A stretch of 64,000 bases of DNA from Candidatus Heimdallarchaeum aukensis (GTDB taxonomy: Archaea > Asgardarchaeota > Heimdallarchaeia > Heimdallarchaeales > Heimdallarchaeaceae): assembly GCA_021513695.1 (NCBI GenBank), contig CP084166.1, forward strand, positions 1,280,001-1,344,000. Direction: 5' to 3'. The position numbers and the translations under genes are program-made. The notes beneath the pieces were generated by a model. It did not search any database and was not told where the DNA came from. It worked only from the letters and a program-made list of their open reading frames with translations. Below, piece by piece: positions 21,322 to 30,954 of the stretch. How positions within the stretch are numbered: the first letter of the stretch is position 1; every line of letters starts with the position of its first letter.

Positions 21322-22494
21322 ATGAGTAATGAAGTATATATAATTGGTACTGGACAAACAAAATTTGGTGAATTTTTTAATTTAAACATTGGTGATCTTG
21401 CTTCTGAAGCAGTTAACAAAGCTATTGAAAACGCGGGAATAGGAAAAGATGAGATAAGAACGCTATTTATTGGGTCAACAGTTTCTAACTCTCTTTCTCA
21501 ATCATCAATAGGCGGAATTTGTACTAGAAGTTGTAGTTTATCTTCTAACGCTTACAGGATTGAATCTGGAAATGCTAGTGGTGCAGCTGCATTCCACCAC
21601 GCTTTTTTAAGCATAAAAAGTGGGTTATATGACGTTGTTGCTGTATTAGGAATTGATAAATTATCAGATTATATCCAAAATGGAACAATTGAAAAAATTT
21701 TAGCTTCATCCATTGATTACCAATGGGAATACGAAATGGGAGCTACCCTCACAGGATTATACTCTTTTCTGACTCAAGCTCATATGGAAGAATATGGAAC
21801 AACATTAGAACAGCTAGCTTATATTCCAACGAAAAACCATCAAAATGGAGTTCTAAACCCAAAAGCTCAATATAGGTATGCTATCCCACTAGAAAAATTT
21901 CTTAATGCAAAAAGAATTGCTGACCCTATTGGAAGGTTTGATGTGGCTACACCTTGTGACGGTGCAGCAGTAGTAATATTAGCTTCTGAAAGATATATTG
22001 AAAATAAAAAACCACATTCTTACAAGGTAAAAATTCTCTCCTCATCAGCTGGTTCAGACACTTTAGCTTTGCAACACAGAGAAAAACTAACAGAGTTAAA
22101 AGCAACTAGACTGGCTGTTAACGATGCTTACAATAAAGCCAAAATTTCAGCAAATGATATTAATGTTGCAGAAGTACATGATTCACACCCAATTGGAGAG
22201 ATATTAGCAATAGAAGATCTTGGTTTGGTACCTAAAGGTGAAGGAGGAAAAGCAACTGTAGAAGGGTTGACTGCGCTAAACGGAAAGATAACTGTTAACC
22301 CAAGTGGAGGATTAAAAGCTAGGGGTGATCCTTTCGGAGCAACAGGAATTGCACAGTTAATAGAAATCGTTGAACAAATAAGAGGAAATGCTGGAAAAAG
22401 ACAAGTCGAGGATGTAAAATATGGGTTAACACAAAATGTCATGGGAACAGGGGTTATGTCCTATGTTTCTATTCTAGGGAGAGGTGATAATTAA
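21322..22494 (+). CDS. acetoacetyl-CoA thiolase (intact copy)
   Basis: Thiolase-fold motifs. The stop overlaps the start of the DUF35 gene (TAATG). Confidence 0.8.
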   Translation: MSNEVYIIGTGQTKFGEFFNLNIGDLASEAVNKAIENAGIGKDEIRTLFIGSTVSNSLSQSSIGGICTRSCSLSSNAYRIESGNASGAAAFHHAFLSIKSGLYDVVAVLGIDKLSDYIQNGTIEKILASSIDYQWEYEMGATLTGLYSFLTQAHMEEYGTTLEQLAYIPTKNHQNGVLNPKAQYRYAIPLEKFLNAKRIADPIGRFDVATPCDGAAVVILASERYIENKKPHSYKVKILSSSAGSDTLALQHREKLTELKATRLAVNDAYNKAKISANDINVAEVHDSHPIGEILAIEDLGLVPKGEGGKATVEGLTALNGKITVNPSGGLKARGDPFGATGIAQLIEIVEQIRGNAGKRQVEDVKYGLTQNVMGTGVMSYVSILGRGDN

Positions 22495-22883
22495 TGGAAC
22501 CGCCAAAAATTTGGAGAGAACGCAGAGAGCGATACCTAGGAATAGGAATTATTTGCGAAGATTGTCAAAAAAAGAATTTTCCAAAAACAAGAATATGTCC
22601 TGATTGTGGAAGTGAAAACGTAAAACCTTACAAAATAGCAGAGAGAGGTACATTAAAGTATTTTACTCAGATCATGAATACTGGAGATGAATTAATATTC
22701 AACACACCTTATATTGTTGGTCTAGTCGAGTTAGAGGATGGTATTAAGGTTACAGCGCAAATTGTAGATTGTGATTTTAAAGAGCTAAGAAAAGGAATGA
22801 AATTAGAAAAAACATTCAGAGTACTAGCAAGAAATGGAAAAGAAGGATTAATTAAATATGGATTTAAGTTTAGACCAATCTAA
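22494..22883 (+). CDS. DUF35-type Zn-ribbon/OB-fold protein (scaffold subunit of the archaeal thiolase/HMGCS complex)
   Basis: CEDCQKKNF…CPDCGSE zinc ribbon followed by an OB-like C-terminus. Translationally coupled to thiolase. Confidence 0.7.
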   Translation: MEPPKIWRERRERYLGIGIICEDCQKKNFPKTRICPDCGSENVKPYKIAERGTLKYFTQIMNTGDELIFNTPYIVGLVELEDGIKVTAQIVDCDFKELRKGMKLEKTFRVLARNGKEGLIKYGFKFRPI

Positions 22884-22894
22884 ACTTCTTTTTT

Positions 22895-24244
22895 TTACAT
22901 ATCTATGTGTATAAAAGAATGAATCTTTAGGTTTTTTTCTTTTAGTTTCTCTATTGTTTTATTGTAATCATGTGTATAAGTGTGTATATCTCCTGTATGG
23001 AAACCGTGTATTCCCCCTTGTATTAAATCATGAACAACTACAAAGCCAATTCCACACCCTCCTTTTTCTTTAGGACAATAGAAAGCTGAAGAATTTTCAA
23101 AAGATAGTTCAATCGATATCTTAAGATTGTTAACAATAGAACTATGTATAGCATTTTCTACTTTCTCAAAACCACAAATTGGGCACTTTGGAGAAAAAAG
23201 TTGTGTTAATATTTCTATACATTTGTTATATATTGACTCAAAAAAGTATCCTGAAGACAAAAGTAGAAGGTTTTGCTCATCAAATTTCTTTATTTCAGGA
23301 AGCTTATGTACAGATAAGAGTTCTTCGAGTTTAGCAATTTCAAATAAGTGTTTAAAGCCTTCTACTGTAGTTTTAATTACACCAATTTCAGAGGAATTAT
23401 CCTTAATTGAAAAAGGTTTCATATATGAATCTTCTTCAACAGAAGAAATATTAAAAATAATAAAGTCTGTATTTTTGGGAAAAGAAGTTGTTTTTGGTCC
23501 ATAATGATAAATTAAGAAGTCCATCAATACTGGTTTTACCTCATTATCATGGGTATCAACTAGAAAAATAAACATCAAATTTCTATCACGAAATTGAATA
23601 ATTAATGGTGGAAGAGAAGATTTGTCCAGATGTAAAGTCTTCATTATCCCTAATCTACGTTTGGAAAGAATATTTTCAATGGACTTTACTGTTAAAAGTG
23701 TAGATTCAGGAACACTATAAGGAACAGGTTTAGAAACTGATACTCCTTGATCTATTAACGATTTTTCAAAATCTTCTCCCCAATTCTCCTTCATCCATTG
23801 CCATGGAATAAAAACGACATTCTTCCTCTTATACCATGCCTTTGAAGTCCTTGTTTCTCCATCGTAATAATAAAATAATGGGTGATTTTTTGAAGATTTT
23901 TCATTAATAATTATAGGTACAGCTACTAAATCTGCATATTTAGAACAATTTTCATGATCAATTCCTAAGCTTAAAGCACGAATGCAGCTTAGCAATTTCA
24001 ACGCAGGCTCTTGAAGCTTTAATTCTACTTCATCTTCAGTCCCTTGAAATGGGTCTTCTGCATCTCCACTTCTAGCCTTTATACAAAGAAGAAGATCTCC
24101 TTTTTGAGCACAGAGTACAACTCTTTTGTAACTTTGATAGTAGTCTACGTCCTTTGTATAAATTGTACAAATTTCAGTCCTAAATCCATTATCATTAAGA
24201 AAAGCTTCTATTAGTTTCATGAAATTTGTTTTAAATATCGACAT
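22895..24244 (-). CDS. hypothetical protein with C-terminal Cys/His cluster
   Basis: 449 aa. CPICGF…CPKEKGGCG near the C-terminus. No family recognised. Confidence 0.35.
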   Translation of the reverse strand: MSIFKTNFMKLIEAFLNDNGFRTEICTIYTKDVDYYQSYKRVVLCAQKGDLLLCIKARSGDAEDPFQGTEDEVELKLQEPALKLLSCIRALSLGIDHENCSKYADLVAVPIIINEKSSKNHPLFYYYDGETRTSKAWYKRKNVVFIPWQWMKENWGEDFEKSLIDQGVSVSKPVPYSVPESTLLTVKSIENILSKRRLGIMKTLHLDKSSLPPLIIQFRDRNLMFIFLVDTHDNEVKPVLMDFLIYHYGPKTTSFPKNTDFIIFNISSVEEDSYMKPFSIKDNSSEIGVIKTTVEGFKHLFEIAKLEELLSVHKLPEIKKFDEQNLLLLSSGYFFESIYNKCIEILTQLFSPKCPICGFEKVENAIHSSIVNNLKISIELSFENSSAFYCPKEKGGCGIGFVVVHDLIQGGIHGFHTGDIHTYTHDYNKTIEKLKEKNLKIHSFIHIDM

Positions 24245-24562
24245 TATCTTATTTGAGTGACAATCCTATAAAAGGATAATGGAGTACATAGAAGCAGAGA
24301 AAAAGCTTTTTCCTTTCCATATGGTGTAAAGGATTAAGAGACTAAGAAATAAGATTTGATAAATCAAATTTTTTACTTAACTGATTTCATTCTCTTCTTT
24401 TACTCGATACATATTGCCAAAGTTATAAAAGTTTAATAATAACATAATTCTATGCGTTTTGTAACCCTTTAATTGCTTGTATTCATAGAAAGGTTAATTA
24501 CAAATTTTTATAATTGCATTTATAAAAAAGAAATATGAAATAATATAAATAGGCTTTTTAGT

Positions 24563-25447
24563 TTGAAAACGAGAATGATGAGTATTAAGTTATTAACAGA
24601 TTCTACAACATCCATACCAAAAAGTTTCCTTGATGAGAAGAATATAGCTATGTTAGAGTTATTAATTGAGATAGATGGCGAGCTAAAAAAGGAGATTTCA
24701 GATATTGATATTGACAAATTTATTGAACAAATAGAAAAAGCAGAGAAGCCGTATACTACTAGTATGAGTTCTCCTCAACATGTTATTGAAACTTTTAATT
24801 CAATAATTAAAGAAGGATACTCTACTATATTATATCCATATATGACTTCTCAAACATCTAGCCAAATTAATGCTGTTAACATAGCTAAAAAACATATTGA
24901 TGGAAAACTAGATATAAAATTTTATGACACACAACTAGCGGGGCCTGCAGTTGCACCATTTATTCTTTACGGAGAAAAAATGATTAAAGAGGAATTAAGT
25001 ATTGACGAAATTATAAAAGTTTTTGATAAACTAAAAGAAAAAATTTACACAATAGGTTTCTCTGAGAATTTCAATGCTTTATTCAGAACAGGAAAAGTCA
25101 AAAAGAATCTCAAAACACAAGTAGTTACAAACATGTTAAATCTCAAGCCCTTATTCCAAATTAGAGTTGGAAAAGGTGTTGAAGGATTTGGAGGAGGAAT
25201 AGGATTTAATGGAGCTGTAAAGAAGATTAAAGAAAAAATATTGGATGAAACTGATGAAAAAATAATCTACAATCTTATTCTAACACACTCTTATGCAAAG
25301 GAAAATGCTAAAATGTTAGAGAAGGAAATCAAGAAAATCAGGAAGATCAAAGAAGTAAACTATTTCACTATCCCTCCAGTAATTGTAAATACTGTAGGTA
25401 AAGGAGCAATAATAGCTACTTTATACCCAATCTATGAAAACATATAA
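24563..25447 (+). CDS. DegV family (fatty-acid-binding) protein
   Basis: KLLTDSTTSIP…TSMSSPQHV…YMTSQTSSQINAV…FYDTQLAGPAVAPFIL matches DegV hallmark blocks. Confidence 0.5.
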   Translation: MKTRMMSIKLLTDSTTSIPKSFLDEKNIAMLELLIEIDGELKKEISDIDIDKFIEQIEKAEKPYTTSMSSPQHVIETFNSIIKEGYSTILYPYMTSQTSSQINAVNIAKKHIDGKLDIKFYDTQLAGPAVAPFILYGEKMIKEELSIDEIIKVFDKLKEKIYTIGFSENFNALFRTGKVKKNLKTQVVTNMLNLKPLFQIRVGKGVEGFGGGIGFNGAVKKIKEKILDETDEKIIYNLILTHSYAKENAKMLEKEIKKIRKIKEVNYFTIPPVIVNTVGKGAIIATLYPIYENI

Positions 25448-25482
25448 AATAGATTTTTCTTCTTTTTTTGGTGATTACTTAA

Positions 25483-26343
25483 ATGAAAAAAAAAGGAAAA
25501 ACAAAGTTTGATTTACTAGGCATTTCAGAATTTGAAAAAATTAGTGAAGAGATATTTATTGAAATGTCTGATCACTCAATACTCAGAATTTTACATGTTT
25601 CAAGTGAAAAAGAAACTTCCTACACTCTTCTAGTTATTGCAGGTTGGGCATCCATCCCCTTGGGTTGGAATGACTTCTTACTGGAAGCAAAGAAGAACTT
25701 TGAAATTTTTTATTTAGAATCTAGAGAAAAGAAATCTAGCATCCTTCCGCAAGATTCAATAAATGATATTGAGAGAATGGCATTAGATATTTGTGAAACT
25801 GTTGAAAAACTTAATTTAAGGCAAGATAAATTAATACTGTTTAGTTCATCCTTTGGAACACTTCTAACAGCACATGCGCTCTCTTATAAAATGATTAATC
25901 CTTTGCTTACTGTTCTAATCGGCCCAATTGCGAAAGTTGAAATGCCACCGCTAATTGGCTATCTTATAAAATTTCTTCCAATTCCAATTTTACGCTTGTA
26001 TAAACCTTTTGGAAAATTATGGGTAAAGCTATTTAAGAGTGAATCAGAAGAACAAGCAGCAAAGTATCTTCGCGTATTGAAGGAAGCTGATGAAGTTAAA
26101 TGGAAGAAAATTGGAAAAGCAATCGCCCAAAAAGAATATTGGAATATTTATGAAAACATAAGCCGATATCCCACATTAGTAATCGATGAAAGTAACGATA
26201 AAATGCATAACACAGAAGTTACTAAAAAAATAACTTCATTGATCAAAACTGCTAAGTATGTTGACCTTCATACAAATTATTTTACACATTCCGCAGATAT
26301 GGCTCACTTTCTGCAAGATTTCTTAAAAAACCTAGAATTGTGA
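25483..26343 (+). CDS. hypothetical protein, possible alpha/beta-hydrolase fold
   Basis: Nucleophile-elbow-like FSSSFGT. The call is weak. Confidence 0.3.
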   Translation: MKKKGKTKFDLLGISEFEKISEEIFIEMSDHSILRILHVSSEKETSYTLLVIAGWASIPLGWNDFLLEAKKNFEIFYLESREKKSSILPQDSINDIERMALDICETVEKLNLRQDKLILFSSSFGTLLTAHALSYKMINPLLTVLIGPIAKVEMPPLIGYLIKFLPIPILRLYKPFGKLWVKLFKSESEEQAAKYLRVLKEADEVKWKKIGKAIAQKEYWNIYENISRYPTLVIDESNDKMHNTEVTKKITSLIKTAKYVDLHTNYFTHSADMAHFLQDFLKNLEL

Positions 26344-26544
26344 TACATTTTATGTGTTAGCTTAATTCTTTTTTCTTATTTGTCTGTCTCATTTGATAAT
26401 AAACACAAGCTTTTCTGGTTATAGTTATCGTTCATTTACTAGAAAACAAGATTAATATGCAAAGAGCTACAAAAAAATCAATTTGATTAAAATGGAAATG
26501 CTTATATTTAAATCTATTAGAGGAAACTTAAAGGTGAATAATCT

Positions 26545-26940
26545 ATGCCCTATCAATGGTTAAAAAGAAGCCGCAGAAAATTGTCAGGTGGATTAATTAA
26601 GAAAGCAGCATCAAAGAAAAAGCGAGACATGGGTCGATATCCAGCTGAAACACAAATAGGTGAAAGAAAGCTCAAGATTATAAGGACAAGAGGAGGAAAC
26701 ATAAAACAACGCCTATTACGTGATAATTACGCAAATATTTTCGATCCAGAAGAAAAGATCTCAAGAAAAGTTAAGATTACCAACGTTTTAGAGAACAAAG
26801 CAAACAGAGAGTATGCAAGAAGAAGAATCATTACAAAAGGTTGTATCATTGAAACTGAAATAGGTAATGCTAGAGTAACAAGCAGACCTGGACAAGATGG
26901 ACAAATTAACGCTGTTTTGATTGAAAAGAAAACAGATTAG
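26545..26940 (+). CDS. rps8e: ribosomal protein eS8
   Basis: …KLSGG…[17 protein letters not shown]…[33 protein letters not shown] is closely similar to archaeal S8e. Confidence 0.85.
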   Translation: MPYQWLKRSRRKLSGGLIKKAASKKKRDMGRYPAETQIGERKLKIIRTRGGNIKQRLLRDNYANIFDPEEKISRKVKITNVLENKANREYARRRIITKGCIIETEIGNARVTSRPGQDGQINAVLIEKKTD

Positions 26941-27005
26941 TTCTCAACCATTTTTAATTTATTTTTCTAAAAGCATTAATATTATTTCTATTATTAATTT
27001 GGATA

Positions 27006-27290
27006 TTATTTGAATCTCTTTTTCTTTTGCTTTCTTTTTTTCTTAGGCTGAAGAGAATATAATATTGTTTCAGGAGATAGATACTCTTGAGCTCCTTCTT
27101 TTAATTTTACGCTTACGTAAGGAGCTTTTACAGGACCAAAAATATCATTTACAACCCCTATATGGACCATTTTCTCTGTTACTACTGCGCTACCTATTTT
27201 AGGAAGTTTATCTGGAGATTTAATAATCAAATTTCCAAGATCACTAATGTGAAGGAATCTTCCTAATTTTTTGATTGGAGGGGCACTCAT
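27006..27290 (-). CDS. gar1: H/ACA RNP protein Gar1
   Basis: LGRFLHISDLGNLIIKS…PKIGSAVV…IGVVNDIFGPVKAPYVSVK Gar1 signature, with a basic K-rich tail. Confidence 0.75.
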   Translation of the reverse strand: MSAPPIKKLGRFLHISDLGNLIIKSPDKLPKIGSAVVTEKMVHIGVVNDIFGPVKAPYVSVKLKEGAQEYLSPETILYSLQPKKKRKQKKKRFK

Positions 27291-27296
27291 CTGTAA

Positions 27297-27623
27297 TCAC
27301 TTTTTCTTTTTTGGTTTTCCAGTTTGTTGTTTTTTCTTTAGTTTTCTTGCTATACTTGCAACATTATTAATTAATTCAGATTTATTTTTTACAGATTCTG
27401 GGTTTATTAGTATTCTTCCTTCACTATTCCACCAATTCTTAGAATATTTTTTTTCTTTTTCAACTATATGATCATAATTAAGATGTTTACATGCGAAAGC
27501 TATTTTTGCTAGAGAACAATCATCTACTGCCTTGTTTTTTGGTACTTTTCTTCCTTGATTTCGCGTAAGTTTCTTGTCAAAATATTCAGGATATAGGACG
27601 AAATACCTCTTTCTACGAAGCAT
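27297..27623 (-). CDS. srp19: signal recognition particle protein SRP19
   Basis: YPEYFDKKLTRNQGRKVPK motif and a basic C-terminus. Confidence 0.7.
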   Translation of the reverse strand: MLRRKRYFVLYPEYFDKKLTRNQGRKVPKNKAVDDCSLAKIAFACKHLNYDHIVEKEKKYSKNWWNSEGRILINPESVKNKSELINNVASIARKLKKKQQTGKPKKKK

Positions 27624-27743
27624 GATAAAAGTTTTGAAACTTTGCTAATAATCTTTTGGGTACTGAACCTAACCTTATTCACTAACAAAAAATCACAAAA
27701 AAGTTAATTCAATTAAAAAAGAAGAGAATAACATAGTTGGTAA

Positions 27744-28211
27744 TCATTTGATAAATTGTATTTCTTCTTCGATATAGTCAAATTCCTCAAATTTGAACTT
27801 CATTTTTTCTTGTTCTTCATGATTTATATCTTCAGAATAGATTAGCCATTCATTAAAAGCTTTGCATAATATTGGGTTGACGGGATTATTAATGCTGCAT
27901 TCGTGAATACGCTCACAAGTAAAGCATCTACAAACCATTGTGTCCCATCCTGTTTCTTCTTTACGAGGAATTGTGAGTAAATAATCTTTAACATTACCAA
28001 TTTCAACTGGGATTTTTAGGATTTTATTGTTATAAAGGAGTTCATCAATTTTCAATTTAATTGTTGAATGATCACCCAGTAAATCAAGTACTTCACTATG
28101 GAGCAATTTTTTCTCTTTTGTTAATTCGATTAGCTCAATAATTTCTTCTCCCAAAGCATTACTATAGCTTTGTTCTACCTTAATTCTTTGTTTAGGAATC
28201 ATAATTCTCAC
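27744..28211 (-). CDS. hypothetical protein (possible winged-helix N-terminus plus CRCFTCERIHEC zinc cluster)
   Basis: 155-aa ORF. Confidence 0.3.
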   Translation of the reverse strand: MRIMIPKQRIKVEQSYSNALGEEIIELIELTKEKKLLHSEVLDLLGDHSTIKLKIDELLYNNKILKIPVEIGNVKDYLLTIPRKEETGWDTMVCRCFTCERIHECSINNPVNPILCKAFNEWLIYSEDINHEEQEKMKFKFEEFDYIEEEIQFIK

Positions 28212-28395
28212 TCACAATGTTTTTAGATCACATTCTATGGACTATACTGTCACATAACTACGTTATCTCTTCAAAAGTTACTATGTAATTTACTATATTT
28301 AAATCTTCATACAGATTCAAAAAACGTATGTGTGTTTTATATGCACAGTATTTTGAAACTGCTCAAAAAATATATTTAAAATATTTAGAATAGAA

Positions 28396-29061
28396 ATGAA
28401 CCCTATTTCAATTTATCATTTTAAGCAAAATTTATCATTTAATAATTTAACAACAACAAAAGGGAAAGTGACCAAAGTGCCACATGATGCAGATTACTTC
28501 TATGATAAAGCAAAAAAACAAGGTTATCGTTCAAGAGCTTCTTATAAACTCTTGCAAATACATGAGAAATTTCATATTTTCAAAAAAAATCAGATAGTTG
28601 TCGATCTTGGCGCATCTCCAGGAGGATGGACTCAAGTTGCATCAGAAAAAGTAGGCAATAATGGTTTAGTTATTGCAATAGATAAAGCCTATATTCCTCC
28701 TTTAAATCTAAAAAACGTGGAAATTTTACAGATGGATATAATGAATGAAATAATAAGTGAATACTTGAAAGACAGATATGGGTTGGTAGATGTTTTATTA
28801 AGTGATTGTGCGCCTAATGTAAGCGGAAAATGGTCTCTTGACCATTCAATTCAAATTATGCTCGCAGAAAGAGCACTAAGAATAGCTGAAGATATCCTGA
28901 AAGACGAAGGTTGGATAGTTGTCAAAGTTTTTCAAGGAGATCAATTTGCTAATTTTATCTCTTATGCAAAAAAAGTCTTCACTACAGTAAAATTATTCAA
29001 ACCACAAGCTTCAAGAAAGAAAAGCGCAGAAATTTATCTGGTTGCAAATACTAAAAGCTAA
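28396..29061 (+). CDS. rRNA 2'-O-methyltransferase FtsJ/RrmJ
   Basis: RSRASYKLLQI…VVDLGASPGGWTQVA SAM-MTase motifs. Confidence 0.85.
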   Translation: MNPISIYHFKQNLSFNNLTTTKGKVTKVPHDADYFYDKAKKQGYRSRASYKLLQIHEKFHIFKKNQIVVDLGASPGGWTQVASEKVGNNGLVIAIDKAYIPPLNLKNVEILQMDIMNEIISEYLKDRYGLVDVLLSDCAPNVSGKWSLDHSIQIMLAERALRIAEDILKDEGWIVVKVFQGDQFANFISYAKKVFTTVKLFKPQASRKKSAEIYLVANTKS

Positions 29062-29081
29062 AGACAAAGAGAGATATAAAT

Positions 29082-30263
29082 ATGAATAAGGAATTATGGG
29101 TTGAAATTAAAGAGGGAAAAACATCTTTCTTTCTAAAGAAAGATTCTGAAACTATCTATGATGCTTCTGTTTTTTACAACCCTAAAATGTCTATAAATAG
29201 AGATTTAGCTCTTTTGCATCTTTATACGATTGGAAATATAACAAAAAAAGGATTAATCATTATTGACCCTTTTGCAGGCTCAGGAATTAGAAGCTTTAGG
29301 ATAATTAATGAGCTTCCTAAAGAATATGTTAAGAAAATAATAATTTCAGATATAAGCGACAGAGCAATTAAGAATGTGAAATTAAATATTGAAAAGTTAT
29401 TCAATGACAAAAGAATTGTTGTTCATCGTGAAGATGCATTTAACATTATAGCTAAACAAATTTTAGATAAAGAAAATATTGATGTTATTGATCTTGACCC
29501 ATTTGGGACACCTATTTCATTTATTGATATAGCTGTTAGAGCTTTGGTAAAAAAAAGCGGATATTTGTTTTTAACTGCAACAGATCATCAAGTTTTGTGC
29601 GGTAAAGAGAAATCTACTTGTTTAAGAGAATATAACAGCAATTCAACAAATAATTATCTGTGTCATGAAATAGCTTTAAGGATTCTAATTTACAATATTT
29701 TGACAAGTTCTGGACGAATTGGTGCGTATGCTGAACCTATACTAGCTCTGCAATTTGAACATTTTTTCAGAATTCACGTAAGAATTGAAAAAGGAAAAAA
29801 AAGAGCAAATGAACAACATAAGGAGATAGGTTTTGTTTATGTTTGTGCTTATTGTAGTTTTTTTGAAACAGAGAGATTAAAAGAAAAAAAGAATTTACAA
29901 AAATGTCCAACATGTAACAAAGAGCTAGAAAAAGTAGGGCCTTTATGGCTAGGGCCTTTAGGAAATAAGAAAAAGGTAGGGGATCTTCTCAACTTTTTAG
30001 ATGAAATTGAATTTGAGCATAATAACAAGAAAAAAATTAATTTAATGTTATCAACATTCAAAGAAGAGATTGAACTCCCTCCAATGTTCTACAACTTACC
30101 TTTTTTATACAAAAAATATAAGAAAAATGGTGTTTCTCCTAATGAAATGATAAACAGATTAGAAAAAAGAGGATATAAGACCACAAGAACAATCTTCGAT
30201 TTTCAATCAATAAGAACAGAGGCACCATATTACGTTGTACATAATGAAATAAAGAAATTATAA
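29082..30263 (+). CDS. trm1: tRNA (guanine26-N2)-dimethyltransferase Trm1
   Basis: DPFAGSGIRSFR and DLDPFGTP motifs, with C-terminal Cys pairs. Confidence 0.85.
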   Translation: MNKELWVEIKEGKTSFFLKKDSETIYDASVFYNPKMSINRDLALLHLYTIGNITKKGLIIIDPFAGSGIRSFRIINELPKEYVKKIIISDISDRAIKNVKLNIEKLFNDKRIVVHREDAFNIIAKQILDKENIDVIDLDPFGTPISFIDIAVRALVKKSGYLFLTATDHQVLCGKEKSTCLREYNSNSTNNYLCHEIALRILIYNILTSSGRIGAYAEPILALQFEHFFRIHVRIEKGKKRANEQHKEIGFVYVCAYCSFFETERLKEKKNLQKCPTCNKELEKVGPLWLGPLGNKKKVGDLLNFLDEIEFEHNNKKKINLMLSTFKEEIELPPMFYNLPFLYKKYKKNGVSPNEMINRLEKRGYKTTRTIFDFQSIRTEAPYYVVHNEIKKL

Positions 30264-30265
30264 GG

Positions 30266-30943
30266 GTGATATTAATTCAAAAAATAATAGTAGGAATAGA
30301 TGAAGCTGGACGAGGACCAGTGCTAGGACCACTAGTCATTTGCGCCTATGCAATTGAAAAAAAAGATTTAGATCAATTACAAATTTTAGGGGCAAAAGAT
30401 TCAAAGATGCTATCTAAAAGCAAGAGAACAGATCTATATCAGAAATTAATTGATATTGCTGTTGATTATAAGACTATCCACCTATCTGCATCGGAAATTG
30501 ATGAAATGAGAAAAAATACAAGTTTAAATGATATTGAACAAAAAATTATGATAAAAGCTGTATTAGGATTAAAGGTTAAACCTTCAGAAATATACATTGA
30601 TGCAGCAGATGTAAAAGAAGAAAGGTTTGGTCTACTATTTAAGAACTATTTTCCAAAAGCTAAAATAGTCTCAAAACATGGAGCAGATAAAACCTTTCCT
30701 GTTGTTTCTGCCGCATCTATTATAGCTAAAGTAGAACGAGATAGAGAAATTGAAAAAATAAAAGAAGAAACAGGAGTTAACATTGGTTCAGGCTATCCTT
30801 CGGATCCTAAAACAAAGAAATTCTTAAATGAATATTATAAGAAACATAAAAAATTCCCTTCTTTTGCTAGAGAATCATGGGATACATGCAAAAAAATAAA
30901 AGAAAAGGATGTACAACAAGCTAAAATAAACGAATACCTTTAG
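30266..30943 (+). CDS. rnhB: ribonuclease HII
   Basis: IVGIDEAGRGPVLGPLVI catalytic motif. Confidence 0.9.
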   Translation: MILIQKIIVGIDEAGRGPVLGPLVICAYAIEKKDLDQLQILGAKDSKMLSKSKRTDLYQKLIDIAVDYKTIHLSASEIDEMRKNTSLNDIEQKIMIKAVLGLKVKPSEIYIDAADVKEERFGLLFKNYFPKAKIVSKHGADKTFPVVSAASIIAKVERDREIEKIKEETGVNIGSGYPSDPKTKKFLNEYYKKHKKFPSFARESWDTCKKIKEKDVQQAKINEYL

Positions 30944-30954
30944 AGATGTGATTA

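Larger units (their letters stand above)
14104..22473. repeat. perfect tandem direct duplication, 2 x 4185 bp (unit 14104-18288 = 18289-22473), 4-bp microhomology TATT at the junction
   Basis: Sequence and ORF translations are identical across the two units. The junction at 18288/18289 joins the thiolase 3' end to an internal subtilase position (14104). Confidence 0.85.

Noticed and set aside
27271-27471. 66-aa plus-strand ORF overlapping the Gar1/SRP19 boundary
   Set aside because: Hydrophobic low-complexity translation of T-rich antisense sequence. It overlaps two well-supported genes.
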